From the IMG/VR virus record IMGVR_UViG_3300008114_000018: a DNA stretch of 20,000 nt; one strand, given 5' to 3'. The translations under genes were made by a program, and so were the position numbers. This stretch comes from an uncultured virus (IMG/VR IMGVR_UViG_3300008114_000018) (Duplodnaviria; Heunggongvirae; Uroviricota; Caudoviricetes). Within the stretch, counting starts at the first letter, position 1. Each line of letters opens with the position of its first letter. Shown here piece after piece: positions 6,608-15,094 of this stretch. The notes beneath the pieces are model-generated. The model was not told where the DNA came from. It did no database searches and worked only from the letters and a program-made list of their open reading frames with translations.

Positions 6608-8827
6608 TTATAAATTCTCTAAGTCGTCCCAACAATCACAGTTACAGTCTATAACCTCTTGAGCCGCTGCTTCTACTGTGTTGATATGGACAATTACATT
6701 TGAAGATATATCAAATATATCTAAATTTGAAGGGATAAGCGAAGTTTCGTTAGATCCTGCGAAACTACCTGGTTCCAATGCTGCACCTGTAACCTTTGGT
6801 ACACTTAAATTCCCTGAGGGCACAATTGGTTTATCGTCTGGTACATCATTATCCAGAACACCTCCTGCTAACCCTAACCTTTTTGCGTTGCGTGCCTCTC
6901 GCATCGCCGCAATTATACTTTTTCCTCCTATAGTTGTGTCGCTTATTTTCTCAAGTGTGGCTGCAGCCATTCCATACCCGGTATCTTCAGCATAATTATC
7001 TAAATTCTCAGCAAATGAGTACAAGTCTAATTGATTTGCACTGTCATTCGCCGTTATAAAGCTATTTCTAGCATTTATCTCTATAACTAATTGTGAACCT
7101 AAATTTCTCCACAATGTATTTAACTCTTGTGCTAAGGCTGACTTAGCGTTTCTTATATTTGTTATCTCTGTGTTTGCCTGTGTAATTAAAGTAGTCAAAA
7201 CACTGTCGTTGTTTCTTGCTACATTTAATTCTGTAACCATGTTTGTATAAATTTGCTTTAACGTAGATGTTTGTAATTCCAAAACCAATGCATTTATTCT
7301 TGCAATCTTATAAGGTATTCCACTCATTGAACCAAAAAAGTCGTTGAATATATAACTACCGTCAACTCCACTTCCTTTAGCAACGTTCTGTATGATTGAA
7401 TTTACGTATGCAGGATCGTTTGGTGTTGTTGTACCATTTATACCTGTTATGTCGCTAATTGATTCCATGTTAGTCACAACCTGCGCAAACTTTTCAATAT
7501 CCATTGTAGTGATGTTTTTAATTTGTAGCATACTACGTTTGAATGCGTCATTTGCAACTGCTATGTTTTCTGGTAAAATAACTTTTAAATCTGTGCCATA
7601 ATCTTTATTTAATAAAGCACCGTTAGTTCCCTTACCAGAAAATATAAATTGATATATCTTACTGTTCGCTCTTGCTGTTGTAGTATTATAGATTGGAGTA
7701 GTTAATGAATTTCTACTGACTGGAAATAATTTAGCAACATCAAGTAAATCAACTAAACTATTTAAATTTTGTGTTTGAGTATTGAGTGGTATTAGTACCT
7801 CATTTAATTCTTCACCCATAACTAATTTAAATGCCTCATAGATTTTCTTTTCTTGTTCTATAGTAGGATTAACTGTTTCTTGAGTTAGGTCTAAAATTTC
7901 CTCTGTGGTTAATCCAGCTGAGACTAAAGCAATGTTTACTGATTCAGTAATAGCATTGTTCTCTTGTAATGTAATCAATAAACTATATGGACTACCAAAA
8001 CTATCTAATTTCTTTAAATCTAATGCTTTACCTAATCTTATTAAGTCTTGACCAAAAGACAAAGTAGCTAATGACACGCCGGTAACATCACCAGTAATCA
8101 AATCATTCATGTTGCTGTAAGTGCCATTAAGAAAGCCAACTGAGTTAGTTATGCTATTGATAGTTTTATTCAACTGCTTAATCATACCATTAGCTTGTGT
8201 AAAGCTTGATATAAAATGAGGATAAGTGCCTCTATAATAATAAAACTCTTTACTCGCTTGTAAAGCTAAAATTCTTAAAAAGCCATAACTAGAACCTTCA
8301 TCAGTAAATATTTCTACTTTACTTCCTTTAGGCGGAGATACAGTAAAACTCAAAAGATTATTATTTACATTATATGTTGATGTAGCTTGTGTTACGCCAT
8401 CTATCTTGACTGTATAAGGTGATCTTCCTGTACTAGGAGTTATTGTATTATTAGTTGGTGCTAGATGATTAAATCTGAAAACATTTTGTTCGCCTAATAG
8501 CAACCAGCTATCATAGAAAAAAGGATTGTATGAAATCGTAAACGTATCTGGTGGGCTATTACCCAATGCAGGTATTGTAGTTGAACCAATAGAAATTAAA
8601 TTATTATAAACACTTTGACTTACATTACCGCCTATCTTAGTCCATGCCAATCTTATTGCATCAGACAACGAATTACTAGTAGCGAACCCACCTTTCACGT
8701 AATGGTTAGGTGAGTTACTCACACCAGCACCGTCAGTGATACCAGGATTAATTCTAAATCCTTCGTTTTTTATTAATCCTGTTACTGCGTTGATGCTTAG
8801 GGGAGTATGTTTACCTTGAAGGCTCAT
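6608..8827 (-). CDS. Large hypothetical protein, probably virion/baseplate-associated
   Basis: About 739 aa from the ATG at 8827 (ATGA overlap with the PAAR stop); N/T/S-rich; beta-sandwich-like insert; helical C-terminal half; ends 'VIDCNCDCWDDLENL'. Confidence 0.6.
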   Translation of the reverse strand: MSLQGKHTPLSINAVTGLIKNEGFRINPGITDGAGVSNSPNHYVKGGFATSNSLSDAIRLAWTKIGGNVSQSVYNNLISIGSTTIPALGNSPPDTFTISYNPFFYDSWLLLGEQNVFRFNHLAPTNNTITPSTGRSPYTVKIDGVTQATSTYNVNNNLLSFTVSPPKGSKVEIFTDEGSSYGFLRILALQASKEFYYYRGTYPHFISSFTQANGMIKQLNKTINSITNSVGFLNGTYSNMNDLITGDVTGVSLATLSFGQDLIRLGKALDLKKLDSFGSPYSLLITLQENNAITESVNIALVSAGLTTEEILDLTQETVNPTIEQEKKIYEAFKLVMGEELNEVLIPLNTQTQNLNSLVDLLDVAKLFPVSRNSLTTPIYNTTTARANSKIYQFIFSGKGTNGALLNKDYGTDLKVILPENIAVANDAFKRSMLQIKNITTMDIEKFAQVVTNMESISDITGINGTTTPNDPAYVNSIIQNVAKGSGVDGSYIFNDFFGSMSGIPYKIARINALVLELQTSTLKQIYTNMVTELNVARNNDSVLTTLITQANTEITNIRNAKSALAQELNTLWRNLGSQLVIEINARNSFITANDSANQLDLYSFAENLDNYAEDTGYGMAAATLEKISDTTIGGKSIIAAMREARNAKRLGLAGGVLDNDVPDDKPIVPSGNLSVPKVTGAALEPGSFAGSNETSLIPSNLDIFDISSNVIVHINTVEAAAQEVIDCNCDCWDDLENL

Positions 8828-9105
8828 GGGCAAAAGACGTTTGGACTTCCAGTAACAATGCTATGACCGCAACTGTTACCTGATCCAACACGTAAGACTG
8901 GACAATTCTCTGCAAACACAGTTGGGCTACCATCTGTGGTTGTTGCTGCTGCATGTGGGGGATGTGGTTTTCCAAAGGGTGCGTGTGGTGTTATCTGACT
9001 TACATGTAATCCTACAGGAATTCCATTGGCAAAAACTGTGCCGGCTCCACGCATAATGGCTCCACCCGGTTGATCTGTATCTCCTTTTCTGCTTAGTTGT
9101 GGCAT
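8824..9105 (-). CDS. PAAR-domain spike tip protein (T4 gp5.4-like)
   Basis: 93 aa; 'SRKGD', 'GAGTVFANGIPVG', 'GSPTVFAENCPVLRVG...CGH...GSPNVF'; His/Cys ligand candidates; GAGAGGT SD. Confidence 0.9.
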   Translation of the reverse strand: MPQLSRKGDTDQPGGAIMRGAGTVFANGIPVGLHVSQITPHAPFGKPHPPHAAATTTDGSPTVFAENCPVLRVGSGNSCGHSIVTGSPNVFCP

Positions 9106-9119
9106 AACACCTCTCTAAC

Positions 9120-9127
9120 TATTTACC
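9120..9127 (-). promoter_or_regulatory. Possible late promoter box GGTAAATA upstream of PAAR
   Basis: TAAATA core of the T4 late consensus, intergenic, 14 nt before a structural gene start; analogous to 19613-19620. Confidence 0.4.
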
Positions 9128-9148
9128 TAATATTTTACTTACAATCTA

Positions 9149-9448
9149 TTACCCAAGTACTATCTTTTTCTCAGGGACTTTAATCCCTGTAGTAGCTTCT
9201 ATATACTTAACTTTAACTTGCTCGTTAGTATCTCCAACGACAGCAATGCTATTAGTATTTAGTCTAAATTTACCCTCCATATCAGTAGTAAACATGCTTG
9301 GAATCATGCCTATACCGTTTTGATTAGGAGCAATGCTCACAGGCTCAGTAATTTCAATGATATTATCATTGAGATTTACCACTTTTGCCACCATTTCTTC
9401 GCCACTGTTTAATTTGAACGAATATACTTCATTTATACTAAGATTCAT
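9149..9448 (-). CDS. Phage hypothetical protein, Sm-like fold candidate
   Basis: 'SFKLNSGEEMVAKV...ITEPV' pattern typical of small beta-barrel proteins in T4-like phages. Confidence 0.55.
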   Translation of the reverse strand: MNLSINEVYSFKLNSGEEMVAKVVNLNDNIIEITEPVSIAPNQNGIGMIPSMFTTDMEGKFRLNTNSIAVVGDTNEQVKVKYIEATTGIKVPEKKIVLG

Positions 9449-9450
9449 GT

Positions 9451-9675
9451 TTATCCCATTAATTTTTTCTGTAATTCTGTGTATCCACCGACTAACTCAT
9501 CATCTAAGAATATCTGCGGAACTGTACGTGCGTTTGGTACTGCTTCTAATAATTGCTCTTTAGTATACTCTTTATTGATGTTTCTTTCTTCATACTGTAT
9601 GCCCTTTAATTTCAACAGGGCTTTTGCTTTATCACAGAAAGGACACATGTCCTTACTCCATACTATTGCTTTCAT
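9451..9675 (-). CDS. grx: Glutaredoxin
   Basis: CPFC active site and 'RTVPQIF...VGGY'; directly downstream of nrdB. Confidence 0.95.
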   Translation of the reverse strand: MKAIVWSKDMCPFCDKAKALLKLKGIQYEERNINKEYTKEQLLEAVPNARTVPQIFLDDELVGGYTELQKKLMG

Positions 9676-9688
9676 CTATTTCACCTTA

Positions 9689-10789
9689 TTATAATGTTGG
9701 CAATTCTTCAAAGTCTACAACGTCACTCATAACTCCAATGACATAGTTAGTACTTTCGTTTTCTTGCAGTGCTGTTTGTTTTTTGTTTATATTGACATGT
9801 TTATTGAACCATGGAATAGGACTTGTTTTAGGATGATTTTCTAAATACTTTATACCAATATCTTTTAATCTGTTAAACGCAGTCCAGTCAACAAAATCTT
9901 TCAATATATCAGCATTTAGTCCTATAACAACACCTTTACTAAAAAGATAGTCGGCCCAAAGTTTTTCTTCACGAATAACTTCTAAGTATAAATCGTAAAC
10001 TTCTTTTTCGCATTCAATTTTTGCTTGTACAAATCGTGGGTCATCTTTGACTACGTTATTGATTAGCCAGGCTGTCCATTCTGTATGCAATAATTCATCT
10101 TGTAAGATAAGGCTAATAATGTTGCCATTACCAATATAAATCTTATTCTCAACCATCGCAAGACTTGTAGCGAACGATACCATAAAGCGCAATGCTTCCA
10201 GTGCATAGCTAGCATTTAATGCTAACCATATTGCCTTTACATGCTCCATTTCAGGTATTACTTCACCTGTTTCTTTACGGCAATTAAGTTGATGCAAATC
10301 TTCATAGTAACGACCGATGTTAGCAGCCATGTCTATAATTTCTTTTGTATCATGTATCTTGTTAAATTCTTCTTTAGGTACACCATACACATTACGAATA
10401 ATATGACTATATGATTTGCTATGTATATTTGTTTCAAAGAAACTCCAGTTATTAACTAATGCTTCTAGTTCTGGAATACTAATAACAGGACCAAATACTT
10501 GTGCTGGTGCACGACCTTGAATACTATCTAATGCTGTTTGTCTTAGTAAATTACTAGTAAAAATATGTTTTACTGCTTCAGTTGCTTCTTTATGGTCTAT
10601 CTTATCTTTTGTCAATGTAACTTCTTCAGGCACCCAAAAGAAACCACGTGCGGTTTCTTCATACTTTGCAACTTTCGGGTACTTGACTTCTTCAAATCTT
10701 TGTACAGTTACAGGTCCTTCAGGATCTAAAAACATCGTGCGTTTTAGATAGTTTACTTGCTTGTTTAAATTATATTGTTCTCTACTCAT
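9689..10789 (-). CDS. nrdB: Class Ia ribonucleotide reductase beta subunit
   Basis: 'FFWVPEE', 'QTALDSIQGR', 'ETNIHSKSY' (His ligand, radical Tyr), 'LEALRFMVSF', 'QDELLH', C-terminal 'QENESTNY'. Confidence 0.97.
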   Translation of the reverse strand: MSREQYNLNKQVNYLKRTMFLDPEGPVTVQRFEEVKYPKVAKYEETARGFFWVPEEVTLTKDKIDHKEATEAVKHIFTSNLLRQTALDSIQGRAPAQVFGPVISIPELEALVNNWSFFETNIHSKSYSHIIRNVYGVPKEEFNKIHDTKEIIDMAANIGRYYEDLHQLNCRKETGEVIPEMEHVKAIWLALNASYALEALRFMVSFATSLAMVENKIYIGNGNIISLILQDELLHTEWTAWLINNVVKDDPRFVQAKIECEKEVYDLYLEVIREEKLWADYLFSKGVVIGLNADILKDFVDWTAFNRLKDIGIKYLENHPKTSPIPWFNKHVNINKKQTALQENESTNYVIGVMSDVVDFEELPTL

Positions 10790-10988
10790 CTGTTTCTTCT
10801 TTAGAAGATTCTATAATCAAATCTCCATTCTCCACGTAAACGCTATCTATATCTGTTTCTGACAACAACATCAGAACCATTTCCTTTTCTATTTCTGGTA
10901 TATTAACTTCTTCAGTAATCCCATGTAAAAATAAAAATGATTTTATTTTCTCATCAATTGTGAGATCATTATTACTAATTAATTTCAT
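10782..10988 (-). CDS. Small acidic hypothetical protein
   Basis: 68 aa filling the aceA-nrdB gap; starts 2 nt after the aceA stop and overlaps the nrdB start. Confidence 0.65.
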   Translation of the reverse strand: MKLISNNDLTIDEKIKSFLFLHGITEEVNIPEIEKEMVLMLLSETDIDSVYVENGDLIIESSKEETDE

Positions 10989-10990
10989 AA

Positions 10991-12196
10991 TTAGAATTGA
11001 TCGTGTTCGGTTGAAGTTTTGTTTGCTACGGTTGACGTTGCACCAACAGCTTCACTAATTAAGTCAAAATAACTAACACCTACTTCACGTTGATGTTTGA
11101 CTGTAGTAAATCCTCTGCTTTGTGCCGCAAACTCACGTTCTTGCATTTCACTGTAGCCAGCCATACCTCTTTCTTTGTATGCTTCTGCTAATTCGAATGT
11201 GGCGAGATTTACACTGTGGAAGCCTGCAAGTGTAATGAATTGGAACTTATAACCCATAGCACCCAATTCACGTTGGAATGTTTCGCACTCATCTTCACTT
11301 AAGAATTTACGCCAATTAAAACTTGGGCTGCAATTATATGCAAGCATTTGATCTGGATATACTGCATGTATTGCGTCAGCAAACTTCTTAGCCTGTTTCA
11401 AATCAGGTGTAGAAGTTTCAAACCACAATAAATCTGCAAAAGGAGCATATGCAAGGCCACGACTGATGCAAGCATCAATTCCATTTCTGAATCTGTAGAA
11501 TCCTTCTTCTGTTCTTTCATTAGTGACAAACTCCTTATCTAAAGGATCATGATCGCTTGTAATTAATGTAGCTGCCTCTGCATCTGTTCTTGCCATAATC
11601 ACAGTGTCAACACCTGCAACATCTGCTGCTAGTCTTGCTGCATTAAGTGTACGAATCATTTGACTTGTTGGTACTAATACTTTACCACCAAGATGTCCGC
11701 ATTTCTTTTCGCTTGCTAACTGATCTTCAAAGTGTACTCCTGCTGCACCTGCCTCAATCATGTGCATCATTAATTCATATGCATTTAATGCACCACCGAA
11801 GCCTGCTTCAGCATCAGCAACGATTGGCAAGAAGTAATCTACATCAGTCTTACCTTCGCTATAATCAATTTGGTCTGCTCTACGAAAAGCATTGTTAATA
11901 CCTTTTACTACTCTAGGAACACTATCAACTGGATATAAACTTTGATCTGGATAGGTAGTATTACTTGTGTTGTTTGCTGCTGCTACTTGCCATCCACTCA
12001 AGTAAATTGCTTTTAATCCTGCTTTAGCATGTTGTACTGCCATTTGACCATTATAAGCACCCAATGTGTTAATGTATGGTTCTTTGTGAAGCAAATATCT
12101 TAATTTTTCTGCGCCTCTTTTTGCAAGGGTGTGTTCAATCTGTACTGTACCTTGTAACTTTCTTACTGTGTCCTGTGTGTAATTACGCTTAGTCAT
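10991..12196 (-). CDS. aceA: Isocitrate lyase
   Basis: '[10 protein letters not shown]', 'YPDQSLYP', '[12 protein letters not shown]', 'HFEDQ', signature 'KKCGHLGGK', 'ARTDA', '[10 protein letters not shown]', '[10 protein letters not shown]', 'HQREVG'; AAGGAG SD. Confidence 0.97.
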   Translation of the reverse strand: MTKRNYTQDTVRKLQGTVQIEHTLAKRGAEKLRYLLHKEPYINTLGAYNGQMAVQHAKAGLKAIYLSGWQVAAANNTSNTTYPDQSLYPVDSVPRVVKGINNAFRRADQIDYSEGKTDVDYFLPIVADAEAGFGGALNAYELMMHMIEAGAAGVHFEDQLASEKKCGHLGGKVLVPTSQMIRTLNAARLAADVAGVDTVIMARTDAEAATLITSDHDPLDKEFVTNERTEEGFYRFRNGIDACISRGLAYAPFADLLWFETSTPDLKQAKKFADAIHAVYPDQMLAYNCSPSFNWRKFLSEDECETFQRELGAMGYKFQFITLAGFHSVNLATFELAEAYKERGMAGYSEMQEREFAAQSRGFTTVKHQREVGVSYFDLISEAVGATSTVANKTSTEHDQF

Positions 12197-12205
12197 AAAT
12201 TCTCC

Positions 12206-14524
12206 TTAAAGTACGCAAGCTTCACATGCTTCTTCATCTTCCAATTGTTCTAACTTAAATTCAATAATATTATCATCTTTTAATGCTGCTTTTGAACCCA
12301 TTTTGTTTATTAGGCTATAGTAAATGGTCTTTAGTCCCCATTTATATCCTAGCATTAAATTTTTGGCAATTAATGTGCCACTTACTTTACCATCAGCAAA
12401 GTAGGCAGGATTATAGAAAGTATTAGTACTAATACTTTGATCTATATATGCTGCTAAAACTGCTGCCGTTTTTAAATAATCTACACAATCACTTTGCTCC
12501 CACATCAATTGATAACGGTTCTTTAATCGTTTGTATTCTGGAACAACTTGTACAAAACTACCAGCTTTACTTTCTTTGACACTAATAAGTTCCATTGGTA
12601 ATTCAATACCATTCGTAGAATTTAATACTACACTAGAACTTTCTACGGGTGCGATAGCCATTAATGTACCATTACGAATACCATACTTTTTTAGTTTCTC
12701 TCTTAGAGGTTCCCAATCTAGGCTAGGATTAAAGTCAGTGAGTTCATTGACACCTTCTGCTCTACGCTCCCATGGGAAAATACCTTTACCATAATATGTA
12801 TGTTCGCTTCTCTTACATGGTCCTCGTTCTTGTGCAAGTTCAACACTTATTTCAGTTAGATAGTATGCCTGATGCTCCATCCAACGTTTTACTTCTGCAA
12901 GTCCTTCTGGTGTGCCATATCGTAAATGACGCTTTGCATGCCAATATGCAAGATTAGTAATGCCTACGCCCAATGGCTCAAAATCTTCATTAGCTAGTTT
13001 GCTTTGTACGCTTAAGAAATCCTGATAACCTAATAGATTACTTAGACTACGCACTAATACTCTACACGCCTTACGCATATCTTGTGGCGATTTAAAAGCT
13101 CCCCAATTAATGCTACCTAATGTGCAAAGTGCTATGCGACCATTTATATCTTCAATACGCTGAAATGGTTTTGTAGGTAATAGAATTTCTTGGCAGAGAT
13201 TACTCTGATAGATAGGATCTGTTTTAGTATCAAATGGTCCTTGATTAATAACATTATCAATGTTAACCATATAGATACGACCTGTATCTGTTCTTTCTTT
13301 TAGTATACCATTCTTAAATATCTCAACTGCTGGTAATACTTTCTTTTTTATATTTTTATCTTTTTCATATTTGGTATACAATTCTTCAAATAGTTCTGTA
13401 TCACTATAATATGCTTCATATAAATCAGACACTTCATGTGGATCAAATAGTGATATGTTTTCGTTATTCTTATAACGATTCCAAAACATCTTGTTGACTA
13501 CTACACTGTAGTCTAATTGTCTAACACGTGTTTCTTCTGTGCCCTGATTATTTTTTAATACAATTAAATCTTCAAACTGATAATGCCAAATTGGAAATGT
13601 TACAGTGCAACTTGCATTACGAACACCACCTTGACTGCAACTACGAAGGTCAGCGAACCATTTCTTTAAGAAAGGTATCATGCCTGTATGTTTAATTTCA
13701 CCATTGCGAATAGGTGCGCCTAATGGGCGAATACGACCTATTTCTAAACCTATGCCAGCTCGTTTGCTAGCATACTTTGCCATCATCTCACCGGCTGCAA
13801 ATATACTATCTAACGTATCATCAGAACTAATAAGCACACAAGAACTAAATTGCTTAGTAGTAGTACCGAGACCGGCAAGTACAGGAGTAGCAAGAGTAAA
13901 ATGCCCATCACTAGCACACTCATAATATTCTTTAACATACTTTAATCTTTTATCTTTTGGTTCGTTGTGAAACGCAGTGGCGGCAGCTATAGCATATCTT
14001 ACTTGTGGTGTTTCAAATATTTGACCAGTGGCACGATTTTGTACAAGGTATTTCTCTGCTAATTGTGCGATAGCAGCATATGTATAATTCTCGTCTTTAC
14101 TATGGTCAATGAATAAATCAATTACATTCCACTCATCTTCTGTATACCATTCTAGTAATTCACTAGTATACATACCTAACTCTACATTTTTCTTTACAAT
14201 TTCATATATAGGAGGAGGTGTATATCTACCATACACTTCTTTGCGTAGCATACTTACCTTTTGTCTGCCTGCAACGTACTGATAATTTACATTGTGTATG
14301 TCTGGATTTTCTGTTTCATCAATTAAATCAACCATTGCCTTAAGCAATAATTCATCAATTGTATTTGTTGTCATGCCATCAGTAAATTGTATCTGAGCAT
14401 TAATCTCAATCATACTTGCACTGACGTTATCTATGCCTGCTGTAGCGTATGCTACTTGTCTTTGAATCTTGGATATATCTAAGGGTACTACTTCCCCGCT
14501 TCTTTTCTTTACGTGTATATTCAT
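12206..14524 (-). CDS. nrdA: Class Ia ribonucleotide reductase alpha subunit with N-terminal ATP cone
   Basis: 'VKKRSG' ATP-cone start, 'FSSCVL', 'CSQGGVR', 'SNLCQEI', 'ALCTL', 'APVESSS', 'KTIYY', C-terminal 'CEAC'. Confidence 0.98.
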   Translation of the reverse strand: MNIHVKKRSGEVVPLDISKIQRQVAYATAGIDNVSASMIEINAQIQFTDGMTTNTIDELLLKAMVDLIDETENPDIHNVNYQYVAGRQKVSMLRKEVYGRYTPPPIYEIVKKNVELGMYTSELLEWYTEDEWNVIDLFIDHSKDENYTYAAIAQLAEKYLVQNRATGQIFETPQVRYAIAAATAFHNEPKDKRLKYVKEYYECASDGHFTLATPVLAGLGTTTKQFSSCVLISSDDTLDSIFAAGEMMAKYASKRAGIGLEIGRIRPLGAPIRNGEIKHTGMIPFLKKWFADLRSCSQGGVRNASCTVTFPIWHYQFEDLIVLKNNQGTEETRVRQLDYSVVVNKMFWNRYKNNENISLFDPHEVSDLYEAYYSDTELFEELYTKYEKDKNIKKKVLPAVEIFKNGILKERTDTGRIYMVNIDNVINQGPFDTKTDPIYQSNLCQEILLPTKPFQRIEDINGRIALCTLGSINWGAFKSPQDMRKACRVLVRSLSNLLGYQDFLSVQSKLANEDFEPLGVGITNLAYWHAKRHLRYGTPEGLAEVKRWMEHQAYYLTEISVELAQERGPCKRSEHTYYGKGIFPWERRAEGVNELTDFNPSLDWEPLREKLKKYGIRNGTLMAIAPVESSSVVLNSTNGIELPMELISVKESKAGSFVQVVPEYKRLKNRYQLMWEQSDCVDYLKTAAVLAAYIDQSISTNTFYNPAYFADGKVSGTLIAKNLMLGYKWGLKTIYYSLINKMGSKAALKDDNIIEFKLEQLEDEEACEACVL

Positions 14525-14536
14525 TTTCTGCCTAAA

Positions 14537-14971
14537 TTATAGTTTTTCTAGTAATCTGTTAAGATTAATACTGCGAGTGATGGTAAAGTCTTGTAGACAG
14601 TTATTTACTACGGTGTTGGGCCAGTAATTAAGTATATATTTTGCGTCATCAACTAGGACTAATACTACATCGTTACCCATATTGTCTACTGCTTCTACCA
14701 ATTCAAATTTTTTCTCTCCGATCATATGTAAAGTATAACAAATTCCCAATGCTCTTGCTACATAACAATATTGATTTTCAACCAATAATTCCCATGGGTT
14801 GGGCCAATTGTCTATATCAAATGTATGCAAATAGTGATTAACTAATGGAGTTTTTTGCCAAAAATCATCTATCTGTATACATTTTTCAAGTAAGGGTAAA
14901 TCAATTACCGATTCTTTTAAATCACGCCAAGCCTTTAATCTTATCTCATACGATAATTGAAATATATTCAT
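14537..14971 (-). CDS. Hypothetical protein, possible transglutaminase-like (BTLCP/LapG-type) fold
   Basis: 'WPNPWELLVENQYCYVARALGICYTL...VLVLVD...YILNY' resembles W.TP.E.....GDC...A....Y.TL...H.VL....vLD. Confidence 0.45.
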   Translation of the reverse strand: MNIFQLSYEIRLKAWRDLKESVIDLPLLEKCIQIDDFWQKTPLVNHYLHTFDIDNWPNPWELLVENQYCYVARALGICYTLHMIGEKKFELVEAVDNMGNDVVLVLVDDAKYILNYWPNTVVNNCLQDFTITRSINLNRLLEKL

Positions 14972-14998
14972 TTTTATTATTATAGAATGTGTTAACCT

Positions 14999-15027
14999 AT
15001 TATAGTATTAAAAAGTTAACCTGTCAA
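14999..15027 (-). promoter_or_regulatory. Perfect-consensus sigma70 promoter TTGACA-N17-TATAAT
   Basis: -35 TTGACA at 15027-15022, 17-nt spacer, -10 TATAAT at 15004-14999, heading the nrd operon. Confidence 0.9.
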
Positions 15028-15094
15028 AAGTAAAGGTAAAGTTATGAATAATTAAGATTACTAAATTGTAAGTATATAGTAACCATTTAAATTT

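Noticed and set aside
6571..6612. Intrinsic terminator after the 739-aa gene
   Set aside because: The stem is nearly all A/T and the U-run is about 13 nt away, forming part of the promoter -35/spacer.
9689..14524. Introns, inteins or homing endonucleases in nrdA/nrdB
   Set aside because: Both ORFs are continuous and of normal length; the 68-aa ORF has no HNH, GIY-YIG or LAGLIDADG motif.
4329..14524. Interpretation as a bacterial chromosome segment because of aceA, iscU and nrdAB
   Set aside because: These genes lack their usual operon partners and are interleaved with PAAR, fibre-like genes and T4-late-like boxes.
15068..15083. Possible NrdR box upstream of the nrd operon (TTACTATATACTTAC on -)
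   Set aside because: Only the CTATATA core matches; the right half of the palindrome is missing in an AT-rich context.
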